A DNA stretch of 64,000 bases from Octopus vulgaris (taxonomy: Eukaryota): NCBI GenBank assembly GCA_951406725.2, contig OX597819.1, positions 25,730,001 through 25,794,000 of the forward strand. The letters are read 5' to 3'. Each line of letters opens with the position of its first letter. Within the stretch, counting starts at the first letter, position 1. This document shows positions 51,725 to 64,000 of this stretch, piece after piece. The translations under genes and the position numbers were made by a program. The notes beneath the pieces were generated by a model. That model was not told where the DNA came from. It did no database searches and saw only the letters and a program-made list of their open reading frames with translations.

Positions 51725-52812
51725 TATGAATAGCTACACTCGTATGCGTGTGCGATCGTGTTTTTAAAAAAAATAAAACACGTAGTCAGCAATTCTAAGT
51801 TACCTAAACTTCGGTTTCCAATATAAAGCTGTTTACCATAAAAAAAAAACTGGAAAGAAAATATCGGAGACAGATTGTATAAACTAGTATTTATTAGTTT
51901 TCTGACTATATTTTCCTTGTCAACATGCTTCTTGTTTTCTTCCTACTGAAGACTCTTCAAGTATTCAATTTTCCTATTTTAACATTGTCTTCAATCATAA
52001 GGACTCAGGTGAATGTTTTCTTTGTATGAATTCACATACTTATATTGAGAAGATTAAACGTAACTACACAAGAAACGGTTGCATAAGGCTTCAGATATCC
52101 GTGTTTCTCCCTCTCTCTGTCCCACCTCTCTCTCTCTGCATGTACATACATACGTACGCACGCACGCACGCATGCATGCATGCATGCATGTATGTATGTA
52201 TGTATGTATGTATGTATGTATGTATGTATGTATGTATGAATGCGTTTGCTTTTGTATGTATTTGCTTATTTTCATGCATGCGTGTATGTATGCATGTATG
52301 TATGTCTGAATCTATGCATGTATTCAGTTGGGAAGGAACTTGTGTTGCATTTTAAGATGAGAAACATGCAACTGCGTCTTTTGTCTAGAATGCTATATTT
52401 ATTGATAAAATAATCCCATCTATTTGGGAAACATTCGGTAGCAAGACTACGCTCCAGCGAGGAGCAGAATGCAACTCTTTGATTGAGTTGAGAAGCAGTC
52501 GTATGATAAAGAATGCAATGACCAAATTTACTGACTCTTCGTAGGTCATTAAGGAGTTTTATGATCGAAACATGACTTGAATTGAACACTTTCGAAAACT
52601 CTCAATGAGTATGCTTTGCATTTTCATCAAGCTCGGTTTCAGAAGCCCAATATTGAAACTAAATTTTCGTTCAGATGGAGGAAAATTCACTCGAGAAACA
52701 TTTCCCGAGCAAAACCGGTCAGATCATGGTTGGCATCACCTAACACAGCGAATGATTCATACCACTTCCATTGATGAAGTGTCCCTTTTGAATTTATGCA
52801 CCATGCACTGTC

Positions 52813-54791
52813 TGCGTCCCTAGACAAATGGTAATTTTTATCATAAAAAAATGTTTTACGTTTCCTTTTTTTTAATGCATTTATTTTTTCCGAAGTATAC
52901 TTTCCAATACTTGCTCGTTATATCTCGTTAATCAAATTGTTAGTAACCATAATAATCGTACGCCAACACAAAAGGTATAGTCTTCTTTTTTAAAGCAGAA
53001 GAAATTTAAGCTAGCAATATTATTTAATTCGAGCAGTGCCAACTGTAAACGTCTAATACAATCTGGATTTAATGATTCAAAGTTTTATTTGAAATCCATG
53101 GCTAAGTTTAGAAAATCTAACACTGTTGGAAATATATTTGTTGACGACGAAAATTACAGCTGCCACTATCATAAGTAAAACGCCGATGAAACAAAGAACA
53201 TACTGGAGATGTGTAGAGCAATCTTCCAAAGCAAGAATAGATTCAGTCAATGATTCAGTCACGACACAGTTTAATGCACATAACCATGGAATTTCAGCTG
53301 CTAAAGTTAGAGCACAAGGATTTATGTCCGAGTTAAAAACTACCTCAATTTCAGTATGCGAACCAGCAAGACGTCTTATTGGAGCTACGATCGCTAATGA
53401 AGATCAGTTTTCAATTACTCACATGCTCTCTTTATCAACAATGCGAAGAAATGTATATCGATGGAGACAAAAAGCACAAAACGCACTACCAATTCTACAG
53501 CAAAGGAATAATTTAGAGATACTGGAAACCTACTGTTTGCTTGCAACTAGAGAGAAGTTCCTCGCATTTCATTCTGGTATCGATGTCGAGAATAATATAC
53601 TAATATTTGCGACGGAAGGTGGTTTAGAAGATTTCATAAATTTTCCTAACTGGGAAGCGGATGGCACCTTTAAAGTTAGTCCATCAATATATTATGGACT
53701 TTATTGTATCCATATCCAAGAAAGTACATTTAGTATTCCCAGAGTTTTTGCGCTTCTTCAGGGTAAGCATATGTTCGTCAATTCACATATTTGTTGCAAC
53801 TCAAACCGCAACTTAATCCAAAATCTTTGTTGACAGACTTTGAAATAGGATCTCAGAAAGGTTTTGTAGAAAAGTTGCCAGAAGTAACAAGTTCATATCG
53901 CTTTAATTTATCTAAGTCTATTTTCAATTTGTGACCTAGCATTAAGACAACGGTAGAGAGAAGAAGTATTCAACTTGAACATTAGATGTTTTTCCGCATT
54001 ATCATTTCTTCTTTTAATTGACGTTGTCGACGGTTTTATTGACTTGTTCGATGACTGTGATTTGCCTCCAGAATCTACCGCCTTAATTTGAAATGACATA
54101 CATTGGCCAAGCAAAAGGCCGGAGAGGGATAAGGATGGGATCAACTTTTTCTATCGAATCTTGAAATGTTCCAGAAAGGGTTATAAATCAGTTGCCTATA
54201 TTTAATAACAGCTTAGAGGGATTGCACAATGCTTTGCAACATTCATAATGGTGTCAACACCCCTCTATTTGGAAACTGATTAAAACAATGGAAAAGAAGG
54301 AGACTATTGCCTTAAAGAAAAAAAAGAGGACTTTCTTAGAGGAATTCTAGTACGGCAACAAATTAAAACTGCAACTAAGAGAATCATGGCGTTATTAGAT
54401 ACATATACTCCTGAAAACAACATAAATTTCTTGAAAAGAATGGCTCACAACTTATTTGTGAAACTACAATAATTTTTAAATCTTGAAATATCTTTTCATA
54501 TTGTTAATCTATTTTCGTTTTCTAAACAGAAATGAACTTGTAAATTTTAAACTCTTTTATTTCTCCTATTTCTTTTTAAAATATTTATTATTACCTATTC
54601 TTTTGTTTATTTACAATTAGCCTTGATAATCAACTGTTCTAAATAAACAAAAAATACACCTGAAAAAAATCAATAAAATTTCAAAATAATACAGGGACAC
54701 AATTGTCCAGGGACGCACTTGTCTAGGGACGCAATTGACTGGTACGCAATCGTCTAGGGATGCAAACGTCTAGTACGCAGCTGTCCTAGAA

Positions 54792-54793
<2 letters not shown>
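52813..54793 (+). mobile_element. Mutator-like (MULE) DNA transposon, decayed
   Basis: FLYWCH-like YWRC...HNH, DDE region WEADGTFK, LLTDFEIG, NNSLEGLHN; right end has six 15-16-bp AGGGACGCAATTGTCT-type units then AGAACC; one inverted unit at 52813-52827. Confidence 0.88.
53126..54460 (+). pseudogene. MULE transposase pseudogene
   Basis: ORF 53126-53833 plus downstream frameshifted segments with stops. Confidence 0.85.
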
Positions 54794-54840
<47 letters not shown>

Positions 54841-55116
54841 AATTCTTGTAAATGAATACTTTATACAACAGTTATTTACTATTTATTAAAAAAAGAATTA
54901 AAAATAGAATGACGCGAAACTTTGGGATTTTCTGTCATGTACATTTGGTGCACAAGCCATTTCATTGATGAACTTTAATATGAAAATACCTCAATATCAA
55001 ACGGACATATTTTCCCTCTTATCAACTCTTTTTACACTCATTTAGGTTGAATATACATAAGATATCCATACGTCTATGCGTGTATGCGAGTGCGTTTGAG
55101 TATTTGTGTATATCTT

Positions 55117-55216
<100 letters not shown>

Positions 55217-55899
55217 TCTCTGTTTTTGGTCATTCTCGAATTAGATGGACATTTAGCGGTACGTAAGCCGACTCAAGAAATCTATAGTGAGGCATTTATT
55301 GTTGTACCCAAAGAGACACAGAACGGGTCGAAACATATGTCGTACCCAATAAAGACTATTACATATTCCATACCCTATTTTATTAATACTGTTACTCCAG
55401 CCGCCACTACGAAGTTCCTGCAATAAATCTACGGGTAACAACGCATGCGTATGTGTGTGTGTGTGTGTGTACGTATAGCTATTGTTTTAAATATCGATGG
55501 AAAGTACTATTCCATTTCCAAATAATGGACGAATTTGATAAAATAGGATTAATTCTTTGTATTACGAATTATTTTAGATACGAAACAAGATACACTGAAA
55601 TATTTATCATGGCTATTGATCTGAAGAATTTTATTGAACAATAAACAGCGATACTTTAGATGCTGGTAGTGAGATATTTATCTTCGACCTACAGAAGAAT
55701 TCCATCATTTACTCTTCAAGATTCCTAAGATTTTTTTTCGATTTGTGAAGATTTGCCGTAACCAATCTCCAGGATACAACACTTGCTAAATATATTAGCA
55801 TATACATTTTTGTATAATAACAACAGCAACAAGAACAATAACAAAAACAATAACAACGATAATAATGATAATATGATGATGATAATAACAATAATAATA

Positions 55900-56058
55900 A
55901 TACAGAAAATTGCACTACTGGGCACTGCCCACAGACTACGCAGAATACTTTCAATACAGTAACCATCAGAGCATCACAACAAATCACAGCACATACCCAA
56001 GGTACACAGAGCTGCGCTCGGTAGTGAAGTGAGGTCACGTTATAAAAATAAAACTATA

Positions 56059-56060
<2 letters not shown>
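55900..56060 (+). mobile_element. R4/Dong-like 3' end in (TAA)n
   Basis: IQKIALLGTAHRLRRILSIQ* plus a 3' UTR matching 7978-8118; long TAA tail at 56060-56220. Confidence 0.8.
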
Positions 56061-56100
<40 letters not shown>

Positions 56101-56111
56101 TAATAATAATG

Positions 56112-56157
<46 letters not shown>

Positions 56158-56159
56158 TG

Positions 56160-56221
<62 letters not shown>

Positions 56222-56223
56222 TT

Positions 56224-58328
56224 CACTGGGGAACAGGCTTTTTTATTGTCTGATGTTGGAGACAAATTTCCTACTAATTCGGAGGTGGGTGTCTGATATT
56301 AAAAATGAAATCCATTTTGTTTTAACACGTCAACATTTTTCACAAACTGAGATGCCCATTTTTCAACATTTCTGGTATTGACACCATTTCTAAGGATAGA
56401 TTTGACTTCATCAGATGCGAACCCATGGATGGAGTCTGACATAACTTTGAAAATATAGTTTTCCAATGCCATTTCAAGTAAATACAACTACAAAAGTGAA
56501 AGCAAATGTTATTACTTAGATATCTTTAGTAGATACAAAGTATCAAACTTGAGCAACTTTCAGTATTTTGAACTTAACCAGTTTCAAATGTTATGATGAT
56601 GAGAGAAATGTCCTTTATACAAATACATGTTAAGAAACAACAGATTTTTGTGGCCCTTGACACCATACGTCTCATATTTGCGGAATTTATATGCAAATTT
56701 GCCCATGCTGTGCTTAATTTAGTGTGACTATCATGGCAAACTAGATGAGACATGTTTTGTTGAACTTTTAACTGTCTCTTATGAAAATTGGTATTTAGAA
56801 TGTGCCCTTAAAGTTTTGATTGTGAGGTCACATAGGGCAAGTTCACTTTTAGTTAAGCATGGTCAAAGAACTGCAAAAGGAACTTCATGATATGCATACT
56901 ATTTATAGCACTTTGCCATCACAAATCTGCATTTGCTTATTTTATAACTGTTGACTATTCTGAAAATGTTTTCCCAGCTGACAACTGGATTGAACATGTT
57001 TTGTATTCCAGAAATATGGCCAGTTGTGAGAGAACGGAATGTAAAAACAGTCGTGATGTCTTTTGCTTATTTTGGATTAGGCAGTGAAACAAAATCACAG
57101 ATTTTGTGAAGAAAGCTTACCTTACTTCCTAACTTACTTTACCATGAAGCTGGGTGACAAGACAACGCTTTGGCATCATCCCATATAGGGTGCAAAACAT
57201 GTGCTGAAACATTGAGACAATGTCTTCTTCAAGTACACAAGCAGAAAGTTTCCAGCTTTGTCTTCTGAGAAAAATAAGGGTGAAGTGTTTGATGGGCTAC
57301 ATATTAGGTGACTATCGCAGGAGTGGAGGCACATGACCTAGTGGTTAGAGCAGCGGACTCGCGGTCGTGAGATCGCGGGTTCGAATCTCAGACCGGGCGA
57401 TGTATGTGTTTATTAGCGAAACACTTAAGCTCCACGCTGCTCCGGCTGAAGCTAATAGCGAACTTCTGCTGACTCTTTCACCACAAGTTTCTGTCACTCT
57501 TTCCTCCTGCATCTTGCAGCTCACCTACGACGGACCGGCGTCCCGTCCATGTTGGGGATCTATACGCCAAGGAAACCGGGAAACCGGCCCTTATGAGCCA
57601 GGCGTGGCTCGAGAAAAAACAACACCAACAAACTGTCGCAGGACGAGCTATTTTTGGAGATCATGTCTGGCGTTGAAAAAGAAGCATGTCATGCTTTTGT
57701 TGCGGTTGTATCTGATTTCCTGAGGAACAGGAAGCTATCGAATTATGAAGATATTGTGTAGAGCCTGTTAACCAGTTTTCGAGTGCTGAGCTGCAACATG
57801 AATGTAAATGTACATTTTCTGATCAGTCATCCGGACTATTTCCTTGAATATCCTAAGGCAATAGTGATGAGCAAGGAAAACGATTCCATCAAGACATCGA
57901 GAAAGTGAGGATTAGGTGTCAAGGAAAGGTGGAAAACCAACATGGTGCTGTGTACAGCTGATCACTGCAAAGAGACTGTCATGATGCAATTTATTCACAT
58001 GAAGCACCAAAGGGAAAGTTCGTCCCTTCAGTAGTTCAAACTCCAATTTGTCGGAAATATCTATTCTAAGATGAGTAATGCAACATTTTGTGTAATATAT
58101 CTGTTAAACAATAAAAAGTACTATTTGGTTTGTGTTAGTTTTTTTTTTCAGTGTTGCATTTAATGACACAATTGACATTTTGGTACAAAAAGGAATTACT
58201 GTTTAACAAAAAAACTTGACGTAATAGAAAATTTCTGCGGGCATTTCTGAACCCAACGCCATCAAATAAGGTAGGATTAATTGTAAAAAGCAAGCCAACT
58301 AAAATTGTTTTTGAAATGTTCCCCAGTG
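56224..58328 (+). mobile_element. Chapaev3-like (CMC) DNA transposon, internally deleted
   Basis: 12-bp TIR CACTGGGGAACA / TGTTCCCCAGTG with TAA on the right; transposase remnants CKNSRDVFC, ITDFVKKAY, KLGD, CKTC, VFDG..IR, CNMNVNVHFLISH, SDEQGKRFHQDI. Confidence 0.8.
57323..57631 (+). mobile_element. tRNA(Arg)-like V-domain SINE nested in the transposase
   Basis: A-box and B-box GGTTCGAATCTC; target-site duplication ACTATCGCAGGA (57311-57322) / ACTGTCGCAGGA (57632-57643). Confidence 0.88.
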
Positions 58329-58334
58329 TAATCT

Positions 58335-58551
58335 TTGTCTTCGTATAAAAGATGGGCTACAGCAAATATTCTGCTCAAAACAACCGATTTGTTGTAAGTC
58401 CCTTGACCTTAACCAGTTGAGCATGTCCCTTAGTGACTGAAGATACGTGCATCTCTGATCTTGAGCAGAAGCAGTGGGAGAGCATCATAGCTATATGTTG
58501 AGAGGAATTCTAAGGGGTTTCACATTGATGGCATGCGCTGCTCTCTCACTC

Positions 58552-58552
<1 letters not shown>
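58335..58552 (+). mobile_element. Internally deleted copy of the ~540-bp (TAA)n-tailed element
   Basis: Reverse complement of parts of 33935-34420; ends CTCTCTCACTC then (AAT)n. Confidence 0.8.
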
Positions 58553-58604
<52 letters not shown>

Positions 58605-58620
58605 TAATAATAACAACAAC

Positions 58621-58689
<69 letters not shown>

Positions 58690-59043
58690 TTCTCCTACAG
58701 GCACAAGGTCTGAATTTTGGGAGAGGAGATAGTCGATTACATTGGCCTCAGTATACAGCTGGTACTTACATTATCGACCTCCGAAAGATTGATAGGCAGT
58801 GTCGATTTAGACAGAATTTGAACTCAACATCTAAAGACGGACTAAATGCCGCAATTTGTAGCACATGACCAGAAAGCTCAGGGGAGAGGGTAAGTCGATT
58901 ACTTCGACCCCAGTGTCCAACTGGTTTTTATTTTGTCGATCTCGAAAGGGCGGAAGGGAAAGTTTAGACTCAAGACGTAAAGACTGACGAAGTGCCGCTG
59001 AACACTATGTCACCGGGGAAAGAGTCTGCCTGCTCGCCGCCGC
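58690..59043 (-). mobile_element. Two degraded tandem MetaSINE-like copies
   Basis: AGTCGATTAC..CAGT..CTGGT..TCGA..GAAAG cores twice. Confidence 0.7.
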
Positions 59044-59559
59044 TTTTATTACCATAATGATATGTGACATTGATTTGAGCATAAGCAATTTGAATAAGAA
59101 TGAAATTATATGGTATTTTTTAAAGATAATAATAAATAAACCATTACAGATTCCCGTTTCATACGGAAAGTACGGTGTCTTATTTCTTTAAGCCTAAAGT
59201 ATTAATCTTAAACACATCGAACATACTATAAGCTCAACATAATACACGAATATCGAAGGTATTATTTCTCACGTGCTATAGTCTGAGATATTTGATAACA
59301 ATTCCGTTGAAGACTTTCCATTATACTTTCGACTTTGATATTCCTTTAAAATAAGAGCCAAAAAGCCATTTAACTCATTGCTCTAATGTAATTCTTATCG
59401 CAATCCTGACAACACAATGATCTCGTCATGTCTGAGACAAGCTTAATTTGACCAAATCCCATGGATTATTTGTTATGCTTTTTTTATTATAGATCAAAAG
59501 CACAAACGTACGTCTACATTCTTTTGATGTACACTAAGGATCTAGCATATATGTATATG

Positions 59560-59608
<49 letters not shown>

Positions 59609-59609
59609 G

Positions 59610-59717
<108 letters not shown>

Positions 59718-59836
59718 TATGAATAAAAAATGGAGTTAACGCAGGTGTAATCGAATATTTTTACTTTCGACACATGTTTCGAAAATTCCACTGATATTTT
59801 TTCCGTGTTAATTGTTGACAAGGTAAAAATACACTC

Positions 59837-59902
<66 letters not shown>

Positions 59903-60192
59903 CACCACGTATATACAATTGCTTGTACGCCTGCTGCTGTTGAGTTTAAAGCTTCCTGTACAGTCGTAAATCATCATCTAGTCTACTTCCAGTATACTGG
60001 TTTGGCTACTACTGAACTTACATAAAACTACAGGTTACGGTATACACGGCAAATGTGGAAGAAAAGTACGATAACCACAAGTTTATATCATTTGTTCCAA
60101 CATTGCCGTTGATTGGAACACTGTATTAGATGTTCCGAATAAAACCGGATCTTTAATTGACGGATCCCCAGGGGAAACAATGTTCCATCATG

Positions 60193-60245
<53 letters not shown>

Positions 60246-60336
60246 CCAGAGTAATGAAACAAAACCATTTTTAAATGTGTATCCTTTAAACTGATTTTAT
60301 CGTTGCTTATAACCTTATCCCTGTGCCATACTAAAC

Positions 60337-60382
60337 AAAACTCTCCGACGAACGGGAACGTGAAACTCTGAGTAATAGTTTT
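60337..60382 (+). ncRNA. Minimal type I hammerhead motif (CCGA core) in a probable PLE remnant (60245-60420)
   Basis: aaaactct-CCGACGA-ACG-ggaa-CGT-GAA-ACTCTGAGT-A-atagtttt; stem I has 7 of 8 pairs; GNRA loop on stem II. Confidence 0.62.
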
Positions 60383-60429
60383 TGTGATATTTCTACTGCT
60401 TTTTAACACTTTTTAACAGAGTATATATA

Positions 60430-60466
<37 letters not shown>

Positions 60467-60637
60467 TCCCTTTATATCGTCTCGCCCTCTTTTCTGCAAA
60501 AGAGTATAGATTCGAAACTTTAAAGAGTCTTCCACTTTTACCTATGTTCACATAAATACATCGTGTTTGTTTGTTTTTGTATAATTTTGAACTACACACA
60601 TACACACTCATACACACACTCATACATAAACGCACAA

Positions 60638-60681
<44 letters not shown>

Positions 60682-60695
60682 TGTGTGTGTGTGTA

Positions 60696-61265
60696 GGCAA
60701 AGGCGTGAGTGAGTGGTAAAATGTTTCTTTCGTTATCACATGCCTCCTGGTTTAGTTCAACTGCGTGCCACCTACGGCAGCTATAGCCCTGGGCAACCAA
60801 AGCCGTACGAGTGGATTTGATGGACAGCAAGTGGAAAAAAAACACTTTGTACACACACATACTCATACACTCTTACACCCACACGTTAGAAACATTAAAA
60901 CTAGATCTCCTGTCAGAGGAGAATCAAATTTTTTCCTCGCCTCAGTCACATATTCTTCGAAAAAGATGATACGGAGACTTTGCTACTCTACACAAAGTTA
61001 CACCTGCGTTCTAATAATATAATGTTACTATAATAGAGCGTATTTGTTTCTGTCTCTGTGTTTGTGACAAATTACCCACCATATCTTGACAATTAGTGTT
61101 TTCCTGCATCCCCGTAACTTACCGGTTCTGCAAAAAAGACTCAGAAAATACATACCAGGCTTATAAAAGAATTTAGTCCTGCGTTACAGTTTTTTCGAGC
61201 AAAATATCCAAGGTGCTGCTCCAGCATGGCCGCAGTCTAATGAATGAAACAAATTAAAGATAAAA
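60696..61265 (+). mobile_element. Old tRNA-derived SINE (family of 24756) interrupted by a 159-bp insert
   Basis: Diverged head at 60696-60850; 3' half at 61043-61265 ending GCTCCAGCATGGCCGCAGTCTAATGAATGAAAC. Confidence 0.7.
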
Positions 61266-62013
61266 TATATATTCAAAGATATACAATATTAAAAGAAACC
61301 ATTGTTATGCATGTTTAAGTATTGTTGAATCTATTTTCATTTTATTTCGTGTTAATTGTTTTGATTTTATCAGTTCTTTATTAATGATATTCTTTGCAAT
61401 TTTGGATTTATTCTTATCGTCTTTTCGCTTCTTTCTTCTGTCATTCTTTTATGCATTCTTTTGGTTTACTGTAATCGCTGTTCATCTTAAATACTTCCTG
61501 TTTATATGGCAACAGCTGTTCGCGTTAAAAGCCAGCAATATAATCATGGCACATTCGTTATTCACTATGTATTCCACTGACAGGTGTCGCTTTAGTTCCA
61601 CCTTCATCCCATAATATAGAAACTACTGCTTTATACAAAAAGATCAGCTTCGAAAAAATCTTAGAAATGTGTCACCTCACTTTTTTTTGAATGATTTAGA
61701 GTTTTCAATAAAGGAAAAATATGCCTATTTAATAAAAATGACAGTTCGTTGACATTTTTTTTCTTTTACTTTCTCTCTTATCAGTGCACTTTAATAAGAT
61801 ATCATCAGTGACACGACATTCTTGAGTCTTCTTTGGTGAAGCCAATTCTTCGCCCGTTAGAAGCATTAAAACTAGATCTCCTCTCAGAGGAGAACCAAAT
61901 TTTTTCCTCGCCACAGTCACATATTCTTCGAAAAAGGTGATACGGAGACCTTGCTACTCTACACAAAGTTACACCTGCGTTCTAATAATATAATGTTACT
62001 ATAATACAGCGTA
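60884..62013 (+). repeat. 159-bp direct repeat pair (60884-61042 and 61855-62013)
   Basis: Seven substitutions and no indels by manual comparison. Confidence 0.92.
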
Positions 62014-62099
62014 AATTTTATCAATATACGGTATATACTTATAAGTATATACATACATGAATACATTCACCCGCACACGCTCAAACACAAACACACACA

Positions 62100-62548
62100 T
62101 ATATATTATTTACATTATTTACATTGGGCAGATATGTGTCCTCATATTGCTTGTTGTCACCACAATGTTTCAACTGATTTACTCTCTAGCCTTCATCAGG
62201 TGTCCTCGTAGAAATTTGAACCCAACCCTGGGATCTCATCCCTAAGGTATTTTTGCTGATGATGTTATTAACAAATTCTTCTCCTTATTTTTTAAATATT
62301 CTTTTTTTCCATTTTCTTTTTTCCTCTTTCTTTCTGTCTTTATTTTCGCATGTTATAAAATTGAAACTTTAAGACTAATGATGTCATTCCATCAAGGTGT
62401 CGACGCTGGTGGTTCTCGTTCATACTTTAAATTTTATTTCTCCCAGGACACCAAGGGTGGAGAGTAAATCTGCCGAAACGTTGTGGTAACTACAAACAAG
62501 ATGAGAACACATACCCGTCCAATATAAATAATGTACAGAATTCTTCAT

Positions 62549-62550
<2 letters not shown>
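62100..62550. mobile_element. Inverted pair of PLE pseudo-LTRs
   Basis: Minus copy cac-CTGATGA-AGGCTAGAGAGTAAATCAGTT-GAAACATT-gtg (62161-62202); plus copy GGAGAGTAAATCTGCCGAAACGTTGTG (62459-62485). Confidence 0.7.
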
Positions 62551-62585
<35 letters not shown>

Positions 62586-62706
62586 GGTGGCTGAAACGTG
62601 TAAATGAATAACAGAATATATATATCGTGAAGTATATTTGTCACTTAAATGCGGCTAAACCTTTAAGGTGAATGCTACTGTAGCTTGTAGCCCCGGAGAT
62701 TTATTA

Positions 62707-62785
<79 letters not shown>

Positions 62786-64000
62786 TCTCCAACAATGGCT
62801 TAACTGGCCGAAACTTCGAAGTGACGGTCAACAACAGTCTTGTATAAGAATAATGAATATATATATATATATATATGTGTATGTATCTGTGTGTGTGTGT
62901 GCTCGCGCGCCTGTGTATTTAGTATTTGAAAATTATGTGAATCCATTTGTTTACACATTGGAAGATGCTTTTCGTTTTCTTCGTGGACTAATTAAGTTTG
63001 AAATAAGTCATTTATACGAAGTTAAAAAAGTTGAAAGCTTGTGACTTGCATTCGTTCTTCGAAGTATTATTCAGTGCTATCTCACTAAATTGGTTTCGTA
63101 AATTTAATATTTTTTTTCTGGCAGATTAATTTGGCACGAATCAATCCAGCACGTGATTGGAAATGTAAATGAGATATAATTTTTAGACACAACGCTCTCA
63201 ATACAAAAAGTTATGACAAAAAAAAAAGGAAATAATAATAAACGGATTTATTGTACATTCAGCCATTACGATTTACATCAGACAGACTGATTTTGTAACC
63301 TAGTACACATTTAGAATGATAATACAAAACAATAAAAAAGGCTTCTAATATTAACATTATGTAAACATTCGTTGCGGAATAATTCACAAGAGAATTGACC
63401 TCAGTTTATTTGTCTTGATTATGATAATAGCCTGTAAAGAAATTAAACGTCTTGAAACTTGCTTTTTATTCTTTCATTCTGTATCGTTTATTTTCTAAAG
63501 AATGGAACACTAATTTGTGAAATAGAGAAACAATTTCGAGAATCTTGTTTAGTGTATAACAAGTGAGCCAGTGCATTAGAAATTTAGTGACATTTGTGTC
63601 TGTACGTTTTGCGACATTTGAAACTACGAAGAAAGTGAAAAGAAACTATTAATATGTCACTCGAGTCCTTGATTATAAGTAACATTCCTCTGATACGGTT
63701 TACGAGGATTCTTGGTAGTGTATATGCGAGTAATTTGTGTGTCTAATTTTACGTACGTTAAAATAATGAGTGAAAAAATACATTGAGGTAGTATTAGCTG
63801 TACGATGATGTTAATGTACCTTCCGAGTGTGTGTAATTTTGATTCAGACTCAACCGGGTAAAATCAAACATGAAGATAGATGATATCGGTGACTTTGTAA
63901 AGAATCTGAAGCAGTGGTTCTTATCCGGGAAATAACAAAAATAAAATAAACATTTTCAAAAGCAAAAAGACTTTGTTACGTTTAAAATATTTATAGGGAG

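Noticed and set aside
54693-54793. Short repeat array resembling CRISPR or a minisatellite
   Set aside because: There are no spacers and the context is eukaryotic; these are MULE sub-terminal repeats.
57323-57400. tRNA-Arg-like sequences (also 21993 and 44798)
   Set aside because: They lack a proper acceptor stem and continue into SINE bodies with tails and a TSD, so they are SINE heads, not tRNA genes.

Overview
AT-rich, microsatellite-dense eukaryotic DNA. I can support no host protein-coding gene, rRNA, true tRNA gene or CRISPR array. The repeat inventory looks like a cephalopod (Octopus-like) genome; this is an inference from my recollection of the repeat families. The window is an intergenic or large-intron mosaic of decayed mobile elements. 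LINEs: two copies of one CR1-group family (2058-3617, 10536-11616); a different, GC-richer CR1-like LINE with endonuclease and RT fused directly behind the second copy (11617-14341); an RTE 3' end with C2H2 fingers; L1/Tx1 pieces including an apparently ORF1-only element; several R4/Dong 3' ends in (TAA)n arrays. Penelope-like (PLE) remnants are numerous, with GIY-YIG fragments, inverted pseudo-LTRs and minimal hammerhead-ribozyme motifs. DNA elements: a MULE, a Chapaev3-like transposon, a tandem Helitron dimer and a HINE-like element. At least four tRNA-derived SINE families are present. Most ORFs in the supplied track are microsatellite artefacts. The best leads are the diverse minimal hammerheads (including CCGA-core variants), an unclassified ~540-bp (TAA)n-tailed element clustered with Dong ends, SINE/LINE 3'-tail sharing visible within the window, the chimeric and possibly horizontally transferred LINE, the HAL1-like ORF1-only element, and a 132-bp near-perfect spacerless palindrome. 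All family assignments come from motif recognition by eye; no database search was run.
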